A stretch of DNA of 64,000 nt from Candidatus Bathyarchaeota archaeon (GCA_003141855.1 PLNS01000013.1:21370-85369), one strand, 5' to 3'; shown: positions 29,721 to 38,002, counted from the first letter of the stretch. Program-made: numbers and translations. The notes: generated by a model not told the origin, from the letters alone.

Positions 29721-29787
29721 AAAAACCAACTATCGTTGCAAAGCAGACTCTGCTTTGTGAGGCCTCGCAAAGTCACCTATCCAAAAA
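29721..29787. repeat. Palindromic hairpin element, copy 1
   Basis: AAAGCAGA-C-TCTGCTTT followed by GTGAGGCCTCGCAAAG; 60/67 identical to copy 2. Confidence 0.85.
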
Positions 29788-29897
29788 AAGACCTATATTC
29801 TCTTGAATTGTCAACGACGCTTTTGCTCTTTAACTGACAAACTGGCAAAGCATATAAGCGCAGAATTCGATAACTTGCCCTCATCTCTGGGGTATGT

Positions 29898-30239
29898 ATG
29901 AGCAGAACAAAAAAAGACATTACTATTAAAGGTCGTACATTGGAAGAAGCAAGAACCGTTGTACAAAAATGGTTTAGCGAAAACAAGATAGCAACAATAG
30001 AAAGCACCCCGAACTCTATTAAAGGTCGTTGGGGTACAGGTTTTCTCACAGCGCCCAAATACTTTCAAGTAACATTCGTGCCTACGGAAGGAGGAGTAAT
30101 TGCACAAACAGCAGGTTGGATGACGTGGTATTGGTTGAAAGATCAGGATTTCTCGTCATCTGCCATTGGTGGAGGTATTCCAAGGCGAGAGGGATGGCGA
30201 GCAATGGAGCGTTTATGGAGCACCCTACAATCTTCATAA
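29898..30239 (+). CDS. Hypothetical protein; stand-alone form of the C-terminal domain of regulator 33884..34723
   Basis: Shared LTAPKYF.V, GW, GGIPR..GW...E.LW..L motifs. Confidence 0.8.
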   Translation: MSRTKKDITIKGRTLEEARTVVQKWFSENKIATIESTPNSIKGRWGTGFLTAPKYFQVTFVPTEGGVIAQTAGWMTWYWLKDQDFSSSAIGGGIPRREGWRAMERLWSTLQSS

Positions 30240-30267
30240 ATCCATAAACATACCACTCACAAAATCA

Positions 30268-30644
30268 TCAAAAGTATTCGATAAACTTGCCTAGTTGTTC
30301 ATCAGTTGCTGTTTCTAGGAATTCTTCGATGTTTTTTCATCCAGCCGCAAGTTTGCTTTTCCTTTCTGAGTCAAATTATAGAGTACAGATTCTCCCTGAA
30401 CTTTCCCAGGTTTACAACCAACATCGACAAGGCATTTCTCATCAATTAAGACGTTTATTCGCCGATAAACCGTTCCTCAAGCAAAGTGTCTGCATCCCTT
30501 CATCCCATTGATAATTTTGTAGATTTCAAACTTTGTAAGGGGTGTTTTAGAGGACTTTAAGAGTTTCATGATAAGACGGTTGAGGCGTGCCTGTTTCCCA
30601 CTAAACAGCTTAAGCTTTGTACCTCTGCATTTACCCCCTGCCAT
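30268..30644 (-). pseudogene. Winged-helix (PadR-like) gene, inactivated paralog of 31504..31920
   Basis: MAGGKCRGTKLKLFSGKQARLNR...; in-frame TGA at 30477-79 and a 1-bp deletion near 30333. Confidence 0.8.
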
Positions 30645-30711
30645 TTAGGCTATGCCCCTCCAGTCCTGGAGGAGCTCAAAAGAAGAGGAAGCTTATCATA
30701 CTAACCCAAAC

Positions 30712-30777
30712 AAAAACCATCTATCGCCGCAAAGCCGACTCGGCTTTGTGAGCCTCGCAAAGACACCTATCCAAAAA
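30712..30777. repeat. Palindromic hairpin element, copy 2
   Basis: AAAGCCGA-C-TCGGCTTT: compensatory A-T to C-G change relative to copy 1. Confidence 0.85.
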
Positions 30778-30912
30778 CGGACATTTCAACAATATTAAAA
30801 TAATATTTACAAAGAAATGCAATTACACCTGCTTCGGACCTTGACTAAAAAAATTCGTCAAAACGGCTGAGCGCTTCTTACAACCGCGAAAAGCTAAAGA
30901 ACCTACTGCGCT

Positions 30913-31476
30913 ATGTACATTAAGAGAAAAATGCAACGTCGACACATCATTGCGGTAAGTCTCCTGCTAATCACAATTCTCAGCTGTTTAATATTTTATT
31001 TTAGTTTGCCTGGGACTCGTCTGGATGTATCTGGTTTTCCTACATCGCAAAACTATGGTACGTATACAGCATTTGGACCCTCATATGAAGCTGGAAGTTA
31101 TGTTATAATTAACAATTCTTATCAAGTGCATAATATTGGCAATGTTAACGCGAGCAATATTCAAGTGAAATTCAATGTGTATCCTGCAGACACCTCAAAG
31201 ACATGCAAGATCATTTCCATCTCTATATATACAGACGAACCTACACCAACCAACTTGTTGACAATAGTAAAAGACAAAAACGAATACACAATAGCCACGT
31301 TGAATCCTGATGCAAAAGTCATTTTCGTTTTCCAGATTAAGTCAACAAACCTCCACTCAGATACAAAATACGTCTTAAATGTTGATTCTGCTAATGCAGG
31401 TTCATTTTATAGAGAAGTCCTATCGCAAGGAAAATATGGCAGTACCGTTCATGAACAGCGCTGGCCTTGGTGGTAA
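30913..31476 (+). CDS. Membrane-anchored Ig-like protein
   Basis: N-terminal TM, beta-sandwich motifs (VHNIGNVNASNIQV). Confidence 0.7.
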   Translation: MYIKRKMQRRHIIAVSLLLITILSCLIFYFSLPGTRLDVSGFPTSQNYGTYTAFGPSYEAGSYVIINNSYQVHNIGNVNASNIQVKFNVYPADTSKTCKIISISIYTDEPTPTNLLTIVKDKNEYTIATLNPDAKVIFVFQIKSTNLHSDTKYVLNVDSANAGSFYREVLSQGKYGSTVHEQRWPWW

Positions 31477-31503
31477 CACCTCAAGATACCCCGTCAACTC
31501 AAG

Positions 31504-31920
31504 CTATAATACGTCAATAAACTTGGCTAACTGCTCATCAGACGCTGTTTTCAGGAATTCTTCAATGCTTATTTCATCCAGTCTTAAAGCTAATTTTCCC
31601 TTAAGCGTCAGTTCGTAGAGTATAGATTCTCCTTGCACTTTTGCTGGTCTTTTGCCCCTGTGAGCGATCCAGCCTTCCTGATTCAAAACCTCTATGCGTC
31701 TGTAAACGGTCTTGGAGTCTTTGCGTTTTAATCCCTTCATACCGTGAATTTGCAAGTAAACGTCATATTTTGCTAACGGATGTTTTGAGGAGAGGAAAAC
31801 TAGCAGTATGACGCGGTTTAGAGTCGCCTCTTTGCCACTAAACACCTTAAACGGTGTACCTTTACCCTCTTCCGCGCCAAAGTTTTCTGCTCTCCCCCTC
31901 AACTCTGGAAGATGAAGCAT
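31504..31920 (-). CDS. Winged-helix (PadR-like) DNA-binding protein
   Basis: TVYRRIEVLNQEGWI...LYELTLKGK wing motif. Confidence 0.7.
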   Translation of the reverse strand: MLHLPELRGRAENFGAEEGKGTPFKVFSGKEATLNRVILLVFLSSKHPLAKYDVYLQIHGMKGLKRKDSKTVYRRIEVLNQEGWIAHRGKRPAKVQGESILYELTLKGKLALRLDEISIEEFLKTASDEQLAKFIDVL

Positions 31921-32199
31921 GGCGCTCGATGCTGCTTATTACATTGACTCAGCTTTTTTCAGCGGTTTTGTTCGAGGTGAAATTTTTCTACATGTAGAAA
32001 TGCCTTGGGCAAAATTTTTTCGGAGACCCTATTTTAACAAAATTTGAAATTTGATGGAGATGGAAAGCGATTTTTCTGTTTTTTTCGGTGTTTTGACGGG
32101 GTGTTTTCTATTTGTAGAAACGTTTTCCGCATAGCATTTCTACCTTGAAAAAGCCCAAAACTGATAATGCGGCGGGCGATTCTCTATCTTGAGGGTATT

Positions 32200-32526
32200 C
32201 TAAGAAGGGTTCTGTTTTGTTTCTTTGCTTCTTTGGAGCCTATAGATAAAGTATACATTTACTATCATTAGAACCCAAAAGAAGTAAAAGCTAAAATTAG
32301 GTTCTACAGCGCCAATACTTGGGAAGGTATAATTGTAGAAAGTTATCGATAGAGGACTCCATAGTGCATGATGGGAAGGCATATTGCCAAAGTAATCGTA
32401 AACTAAATTAGAGACAACAAAAAAGAAACCCAATAAACCATTGACAAAAATCATAATCTTAAACTGTTTAGGCATGGCAATCATAGTTTCATTTGTTTTT
32501 TCTGTCTTAAAAGATTTTAGAACCAA
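32200..32526 (-). CDS. Small 2-TM membrane protein
   Basis: ORF track; hydrophobic segments. Confidence 0.65.
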   Translation of the reverse strand: MVLKSFKTEKTNETMIAMPKQFKIMIFVNGLLGFFFVVSNLVYDYFGNMPSHHALWSPLSITFYNYTFPSIGAVEPNFSFYFFWVLMIVNVYFIYRLQRSKETKQNPS

Positions 32527-32553
32527 TTTTTCCGTTTGTGCATCTTTGATTCT

Positions 32554-32573
32554 TTGACTATATTTTTAGTCAA
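32554..32573. promoter_or_regulatory. TTGAC-N10-GTCAA palindrome
   Basis: TTGAC-tatattttta-GTCAA-AAGACCTTAAAT. Confidence 0.7.
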
Positions 32574-32618
32574 AAGACCTTAAATTCTCAAGCATCCAAC
32601 TAACCTTTTAGAGATGTT

Positions 32619-33494
32619 TTGATGTTTAGACAAGAAAATTCAGGTTCATCCACCTCTGTGCCAAACGGACTACAAGCTAGTACTAAAAAGCATGACAGAA
32701 AGTTATACGCATCAATCATAGGATTCGTGGTGATTTTGGTTATTCTTGCAGCTCTGTTTATTCCTCAAAGCTCTGGCTCACCAATGGATCTGAGCCTAAA
32801 CTACGCGGTAGGAGAACATATGGTCTATGATTCCACAAATATTGTAACGAACCAAATGGTCAACGCATCCCTTAGCCTACCGGGCATTACAAATACTCAA
32901 AGCTACAATTCAACATTAACCTTAGATATCATAGGCTCAAGCACTGATAACTATAAAGTAAACGAGACGATAGCTACCTCCCCAGATTTGTTTAGCCATC
33001 CTTTGCCGCCGCTCACATTAAACGTTAGCAAGGCAAGCTACTTCAACAATTTCATGGCGCCAGGAGGGCCACTTATCTTCTACAATTCAAGCAGTAACCC
33101 CACCATTTCCGCCTATTTAGCCCAGCCAACAGTTAAGGTCGGGGATGTTTGGAAAATCCCGGTTAACACAGGTAACGCAAGCCTTGGATTAACAGGTGAA
33201 GTCACACTGACATTTGCAGGATTACAAGATGTAACAGTTCCAGCAGGCACCTACAAAACCATGCGCATCGAAGTAACAAGCAATACTCTAAGTCTTCACT
33301 CAGATGGAAGTTCAATCATTAAAATTCCAAACGGCATGACTCTACAGCTAAACGGCACCTCATACATAGAGCAGGGCACATGTCGCCTAATCAAAGCAGA
33401 CCTAACACAATTAACGACTACTAATTCTCCTGGAATTGGCAGCACATCAACACTCTACACAGAAAAGACCTTGGTTGAGTACACCCACCCTTAA
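32619..33494 (+). CDS. Membrane-anchored extracellular protein (duplicate of 20423..21298)
   Basis: High amino-acid and nucleotide similarity. Confidence 0.85.
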   Translation: MMFRQENSGSSTSVPNGLQASTKKHDRKLYASIIGFVVILVILAALFIPQSSGSPMDLSLNYAVGEHMVYDSTNIVTNQMVNASLSLPGITNTQSYNSTLTLDIIGSSTDNYKVNETIATSPDLFSHPLPPLTLNVSKASYFNNFMAPGGPLIFYNSSSNPTISAYLAQPTVKVGDVWKIPVNTGNASLGLTGEVTLTFAGLQDVTVPAGTYKTMRIEVTSNTLSLHSDGSSIIKIPNGMTLQLNGTSYIEQGTCRLIKADLTQLTTTNSPGIGSTSTLYTEKTLVEYTHP

Positions 33495-33573
33495 TTTCCC
33501 AGTATTTCTTTCTCTTTTTGTTTGCTACATTTTAGTCAAAAACCTAAATTAACCATAAGACTGATCATAGTTT

Positions 33574-33813
33574 ATGAATCAAGGACTAGCTTCCCATCAG
33601 TCATCCAAGAAAACCGATTGGCTTCTTGGGGTAAAAATATTATGGCTTCTTTCATTAATATCTCTAATAATTGTGGTACTCCTAAATGCTATCAGCGTAA
33701 ACAACCTAATTTTTACGTGGTTATTCTTTGCCACAGGGGTATTTTATTTAATAAGATATTTCAGAGAAAAAGCTAGAAACAACCGAGCACAAACGACTGA
33801 TGTTAGAGCATAG
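33574..33813 (+). CDS. Small 2-TM protein starting like a family-2 regulator
   Basis: MNQGLAS versus MQQGLAS (19618); similar promoter half-site. Confidence 0.6.
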   Translation: MNQGLASHQSSKKTDWLLGVKILWLLSLISLIIVVLLNAISVNNLIFTWLFFATGVFYLIRYFREKARNNRAQTTDVRA

Positions 33814-33826
33814 CTTTGTTTATTCT

Positions 33827-33846
33827 TTGACGAGATTTATCGTCAA
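33827..33846. promoter_or_regulatory. TTGAC-N10-GTCAA palindrome
   Basis: Identical to the site at 21326. Confidence 0.7.
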
Positions 33847-33883
33847 AAAACCTAAAATGCCATAAAAACTATACCCATACCTA

Positions 33884-34723
33884 ATGACCTCAACGATTGA
33901 TTCTTTACATAAAATTCTCAAGGATGAAACCAGAAGAAATATCGTTCTGCTACTGAGCGAGAAAAGCAGCTTAAGCTACACTGATCTGATGGACGCCCTA
34001 AAAATTGGCAGTACTGGAACCCTAAATTATCACCTAAAAATTTTAGGTGACCTTTTAGAAAAGAACATGACTGGGCAGTATATGCTCACTGAAAAGGGTA
34101 AACTCGCTTCCCGATTCCTTATAGAGTATCCTGGACAAGATGGTTCCTTAAAGGCTAAAAGAGTGTGGTGGCGTCGATTCTGGTTCGTAGCAATCGTGCT
34201 TCCGACCGCATGGCTGCTGATTGTGTTGTATTTGCATTTCTCGGGTTATTTAGATTTGTATCGGACGGCGCAAGCTACTTTTGGATTTATCACCGCCATA
34301 CTTTTTACCTACTTTTTCTACCGAATGATTCGACCTAAAAACAAAACCCAAGCTCAGAAATCCCAAGATAGAACCATCCACGATATCCTTGTTTCCGGAA
34401 GACAATTACAAGAAGTAAAGGAAGAGGTACAACGCTGGATAACAGAAGAAGGCATAAACATAGAAGTTGAACAAGAGGTATTCATCAGAGGGCGGCTTGG
34501 AATTCCAAGCGGACTTGGATTAACCGCTCCAAAATATTTTGAGGTATCATTGAAGCCTGACCAAAAAGGAGTAATGGTTCACACTGAAGGCTGGATAAGC
34601 GTGTATGACATAAGTGAGAGAAGCTTCTCTAAGACTGCACTTTCGATGGGCGGAATACCAAGGAAAAAAGGCTGGACAGTTATCGAGCATCTATGGGAAA
34701 GACTAAGAGCAATGTCAAAATAG
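33884..34723 (+). CDS. Membrane-tethered ArsR-like wHTH regulator (family 2) with extra C-terminal domain
   Basis: wHTH plus 2 TM plus a domain homologous to 29898..30239. Confidence 0.85.
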   Translation: MTSTIDSLHKILKDETRRNIVLLLSEKSSLSYTDLMDALKIGSTGTLNYHLKILGDLLEKNMTGQYMLTEKGKLASRFLIEYPGQDGSLKAKRVWWRRFWFVAIVLPTAWLLIVLYLHFSGYLDLYRTAQATFGFITAILFTYFFYRMIRPKNKTQAQKSQDRTIHDILVSGRQLQEVKEEVQRWITEEGINIEVEQEVFIRGRLGIPSGLGLTAPKYFEVSLKPDQKGVMVHTEGWISVYDISERSFSKTALSMGGIPRKKGWTVIEHLWERLRAMSK

Positions 34724-34744
34724 GAGATAAATTAACCGCTTGAG

Positions 34745-35001
34745 TTTGCTCCACTTTCCGTTTCACCCCGGTTTCTACTTCAAAGCTGGTTAATGCCCCA
34801 TGCCAGTCCCGTTTTCTGCAATGTTCTTGCCAAACTCTTTTTCCAAACACTTGTTCACTCTCGGGATTCTTTGGCATCATCTTAAAACGACTATTTTTAG
34901 AGCGCTTATTTTAACAGTATTGAAACCCAAAGCGAGTCAGGTCTCTATTGACTAACCCCCAAAAGGGGGCGGAACCAATAGCGGGTCCGCTGGGACTCGA
35001 A
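34745..35001 (-). repeat. Composite relic: tRNA-3'-like fragment (34981-35001), ~55-bp element and 'AEKRGWH' fragment
   Basis: Minus strand TTCGAGT-CCCAG-CGGACCC-GC; aligns with 25.5-25.76 kb. Confidence 0.75.
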
Positions 35002-35092
35002 GCCCCAAGGAGCGAATATGTACTTTTCCACCTTTTTCCTGAAACATCGTATTTACCTTGCGTTGAGAAAAGGGTAAATCTTGTATTTCTGC

Positions 35093-35515
35093 TTAAAAGA
35101 TGAAGGGAATAAGCCGCTTCGTCCTGCCCATATACTGCAAGTATTCTTCGCCAAGCTCTCTCGCCAAAACAGGTTCCTCCACATGTATCCTATAAGCGTA
35201 GGCGATTCCGCAAACCACGGCCATAATCAGCACGGCAACCGCCGATTGCGTGGCGAGACCTAAGCCGACCATCGTGAGGATACTTCCGCCGTAAGCAGGA
35301 TGCCGCACAGCGAACTGGAAAGCGGTTATTATGGCGACGAACACACTGAGGTAAATCAGTAAACCCGACCCTTTGTCTTCCCGTGTTTTCGCCGTCTTTT
35401 TGCTTGGGCTTCTGAGTATCATGGGTTCGATTAGGAATGTGAAAGCAAGCCATATGGCGAAGGCGGCGTAGAAAACGACCTGAGTCACAGTTGTCGCAAG
35501 GAAAGTCATGTCCAA
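35093..35515 (-). pseudogene. Isoprenylcysteine carboxyl methyltransferase/PEMT-family protein with internal in-frame deletion
   Basis: VRHPAY and RIHVEE...GEEY..Y...TKRLIP motifs are present, but the segment normally preceding RHPxY is absent. Confidence 0.6.
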
Positions 35516-35921
35516 TCAGCCTACTGCGCTATGTGGTAAGTTTTGGTATTTATGTCATTCTTCACAAAACTGGGCATCGAATCCCACCGCCCTACGCTGT
35601 TGGGGAACCGAACCCTGAACATTCATCTCAGTAATTGTACTGGGGATGGGCTTTTGAGTTGGGGTTCGAATCCTTCCCGGTACCACTTTTCGTGTGCTTA
35701 AGAAGCACAAAATTTGGTTGGAACCTCCGAAATTATTTGGGTTCGAGCCTGAATCGGTTTGGGTCTCTACCGGGCTTACCCCCTACACGGTATGAGTCCC
35801 TACACTAAGACTTACCGAATAAGGCTATTTTCCTAAGTATAGACCATGGTTTTCTTGAACCTTAGGCGGGAGAGGTTACTTTTTGCATGCAAGAAAGTGA
35901 ATGCTTTAAATTTTCCGAGAT

Positions 35922-35996
35922 ATAGTTTGCCAAACAATACTAAAAGGTGAACAGCTATTTTTAAATAGTTTGCCAAACAATACTAAAAGGTGAACA
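35922..35996 (+). repeat. Perfect 32-bp tandem direct repeat (43-bp period) in the promoter/RBS of the AbiE-like operon
   Basis: ATAGTTTGCCAAACAATACTAAAAGGTGAACA at 35922-53 and 35965-96. Confidence 0.95.
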
Positions 35997-35999
35997 ACA

Positions 36000-36710
36000 A
36001 TGCCTGAATACTTGACCCAGTTTAGCAAGAAATTGAAGCCTTACGAAGGAAGTTTAGTTAGTGTTAAGTCTGTTATAGGCATTGAACCAAATGCTAAGGA
36101 ATACTTGAACAAGTTATCCAAAGAAGGTGCGATAGAAAGGGTAAAGTGGGGCTGGTATTGGGTTCCAGCCGAGGTCAAGGACGTATGGGATTTTTTGGAG
36201 AAGGACAAAAACTTCAAGGTAGTTTCAGCCCAGACCGCCGCCTCTTTCTGGAATAATGACTTTGTCCACAGAGACGTCTACGTGTTAAAGGTTAAGGACA
36301 AGTCTTATGGAAAAGCCTTGAAAGAATTCGGCAAGAAAAAAGGTTGGAATTTTGAGGTCAAATATTCAAAGGACGCCTCCAAAATCAAGTATCGGAAAAT
36401 CGGAAACTTGCTTGTCGAGAACATTGAAGAAAACGTAATCGAATGTATACAGAACTGGGCTTTCGCTGACGCCTTTGCAACTTTGTCCGAGAATAGAGAC
36501 AAGATAAACTTGGATAGGTTGTATAAGGAGTCTTATTGGAAGAGGATTTCAAAGACCAATGTCAGGGCCAAACAGGCTTTGGAGTATGGCTTCCATCAGT
36601 TAGTGGAGTTGGGCGGGGCGGAATTTCCGCATAGAGAAGCAAAATTGGAAGACAATTTTGTCAGAAGAGAGATTGATGAAGCGATAGAGAGGGTTGTTGA
36701 ACTTGGTTAA
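36000..36710 (+). CDS. AbiEi-like (type IV TA) antitoxin with N-terminal wHTH
   Basis: YLNKLSKEGAIERVKWGWYWV resembles the AbiEi N-terminal 'L.+.G.I.R+..G.Y' pattern; overlaps the nucleotidyltransferase gene. Confidence 0.65.
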   Translation: MPEYLTQFSKKLKPYEGSLVSVKSVIGIEPNAKEYLNKLSKEGAIERVKWGWYWVPAEVKDVWDFLEKDKNFKVVSAQTAASFWNNDFVHRDVYVLKVKDKSYGKALKEFGKKKGWNFEVKYSKDASKIKYRKIGNLLVENIEENVIECIQNWAFADAFATLSENRDKINLDRLYKESYWKRISKTNVRAKQALEYGFHQLVELGGAEFPHREAKLEDNFVRREIDEAIERVVELG

Positions 36711-37431
36711 GCACGCCGAACTTATGAATCTAAGAGAGGAAGAAATCAGCAAGATAATCGAGCATATATCAAAACAAACCGATGGCTTTGATAATCCGAA
36801 GCTGATTCTGATTGGCGGCTATGCACTTAGGGCGTTTACATCATTCTCCCGATACACTAGGGATTGCGATTTTGTCCTCAAGAAATCGGACGGCTGGAAC
36901 CTGGATAAAATACAAAAGATGCTATCCAAGGAAATGAGTGCTGAAGCTTTTGAGAAACGAGACAGCTACGGATTTCTCAGATGCGTAAAGCTGCTCAAGG
37001 CAGCCGCAAAGATATCCATAGATTTCATGGAAGGCGAGGTAAGGGGCAGAACCGACCAACAAGTGTTTTGCATAACGGAGAAATTCATCCAGAAGGCAAA
37101 GAAAGTGAAGATTACCATTGCCGAAAAGACTTTTGATATGTATGTTCCGGATTATATGGACTATCTGGTTCTAAAGCTCATGTCTGCAAGGCCGAGCGAC
37201 ATAAGAGACCTTGCCACCTTGGTCTGGAAAAACGGTATTCCTGACGATCTGAAGGAAGAGGCAAAAAAAACTTTAGCACACCCTGAGATTATCGAGGAGA
37301 ACCTAAAACTCATTATTTCAGATATTTCCGACAAACGATTCTTGGACTCATGGAAGGGAACGTTTGTCACAACCGAGTTCACGGAAAACATTAAGGAAGA
37401 AGTTCTCAAAAAGCTGAAGACCCTATCGTAG
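36694..37431 (+). CDS. AbiEii/AbiGii-like nucleotidyltransferase toxin
   Basis: LILIGGYAL...RYTRDCDF, IDF, LKLMSARPSDIRD motifs. Confidence 0.8.
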   Translation: MLNLVKHAELMNLREEEISKIIEHISKQTDGFDNPKLILIGGYALRAFTSFSRYTRDCDFVLKKSDGWNLDKIQKMLSKEMSAEAFEKRDSYGFLRCVKLLKAAAKISIDFMEGEVRGRTDQQVFCITEKFIQKAKKVKITIAEKTFDMYVPDYMDYLVLKLMSARPSDIRDLATLVWKNGIPDDLKEEAKKTLAHPEIIEENLKLIISDISDKRFLDSWKGTFVTTEFTENIKEEVLKKLKTLS

Positions 37432-37670
37432 TTTACTGATGTGCTAACCTCAAACTTCTGAAGTATTTCAACGCTCGCAAGACTCATCATGAGACCAAAT
37501 CAGCTCTAATCGATATCTTCTCCTGGAATTATCGAGGTCAAGTCTTCTTCTATATTATCAGGGCATGTTTTCTTTTCCAGCTGAAAGGGGGATCCTAGCC
37601 CCAATTTACCAGTAAAAAGAGTTTGAGAGTGAATCGGATTGGACTTAGCTCCAGGGAGAGACTTTATGAT

Positions 37671-38000
37671 TTAGTCTTGCCTTGAGAGGTCGTTTATGCT
37701 TTCTTTTGAAATATGGTATTTGGAGGGTGATGGAAGCGAATGTGTTGTCCTTTGCTGCTCGAATAGTTCTCCTTCAAGTTTGCCTCTCTTGATCAACCTT
37801 CTTACAGTGCTCTCTGAAACCTTAAGTTCGTGAGCAGCTTCCGACACGAATAAATAAGGAAATGTTTGGCCGAATTCGAAGTGTTGACAGCCCCAACAGC
37901 CCTTGTACCTGTAGGTGACTTCGTCGGTAATTTCTTCATGTAAGTCGCAGTACCCAAACTCCTTTGAACCTTGGCTCAACTTACTTTCCCCAACCATCAA
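37671..38000 (-). CDS. Excisionase-like (HTH_17/MerR-type) protein with N-terminal Cys/His cluster
   Basis: CDLH...CWGCQHF then LFVSEAAHELKVSESTVRRLIKRGKLEG. Confidence 0.75.
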   Translation of the reverse strand: MMVGESKLSQGSKEFGYCDLHEEITDEVTYRYKGCWGCQHFEFGQTFPYLFVSEAAHELKVSESTVRRLIKRGKLEGELFEQQRTTHSLPSPSKYHISKESINDLSRQD

Positions 38001-38002
38001 GT

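Noticed and set aside
29721-30777. Canonical integron attC sites
   Set aside because: No GTT/AAC R-boxes or integron integrase; kept only as an unexplained hairpin element.
35560-35700. Intact tRNA gene
   Set aside because: T-loop-like GGTTCGAATCC and TCGAATCCC are present, but I could not fold D or anticodon arms or a matching 5' acceptor strand.
35922-35996. CRISPR array
   Set aside because: Only two repeats with an 11-bp gap, they contain an RBS, and there are no cas genes.
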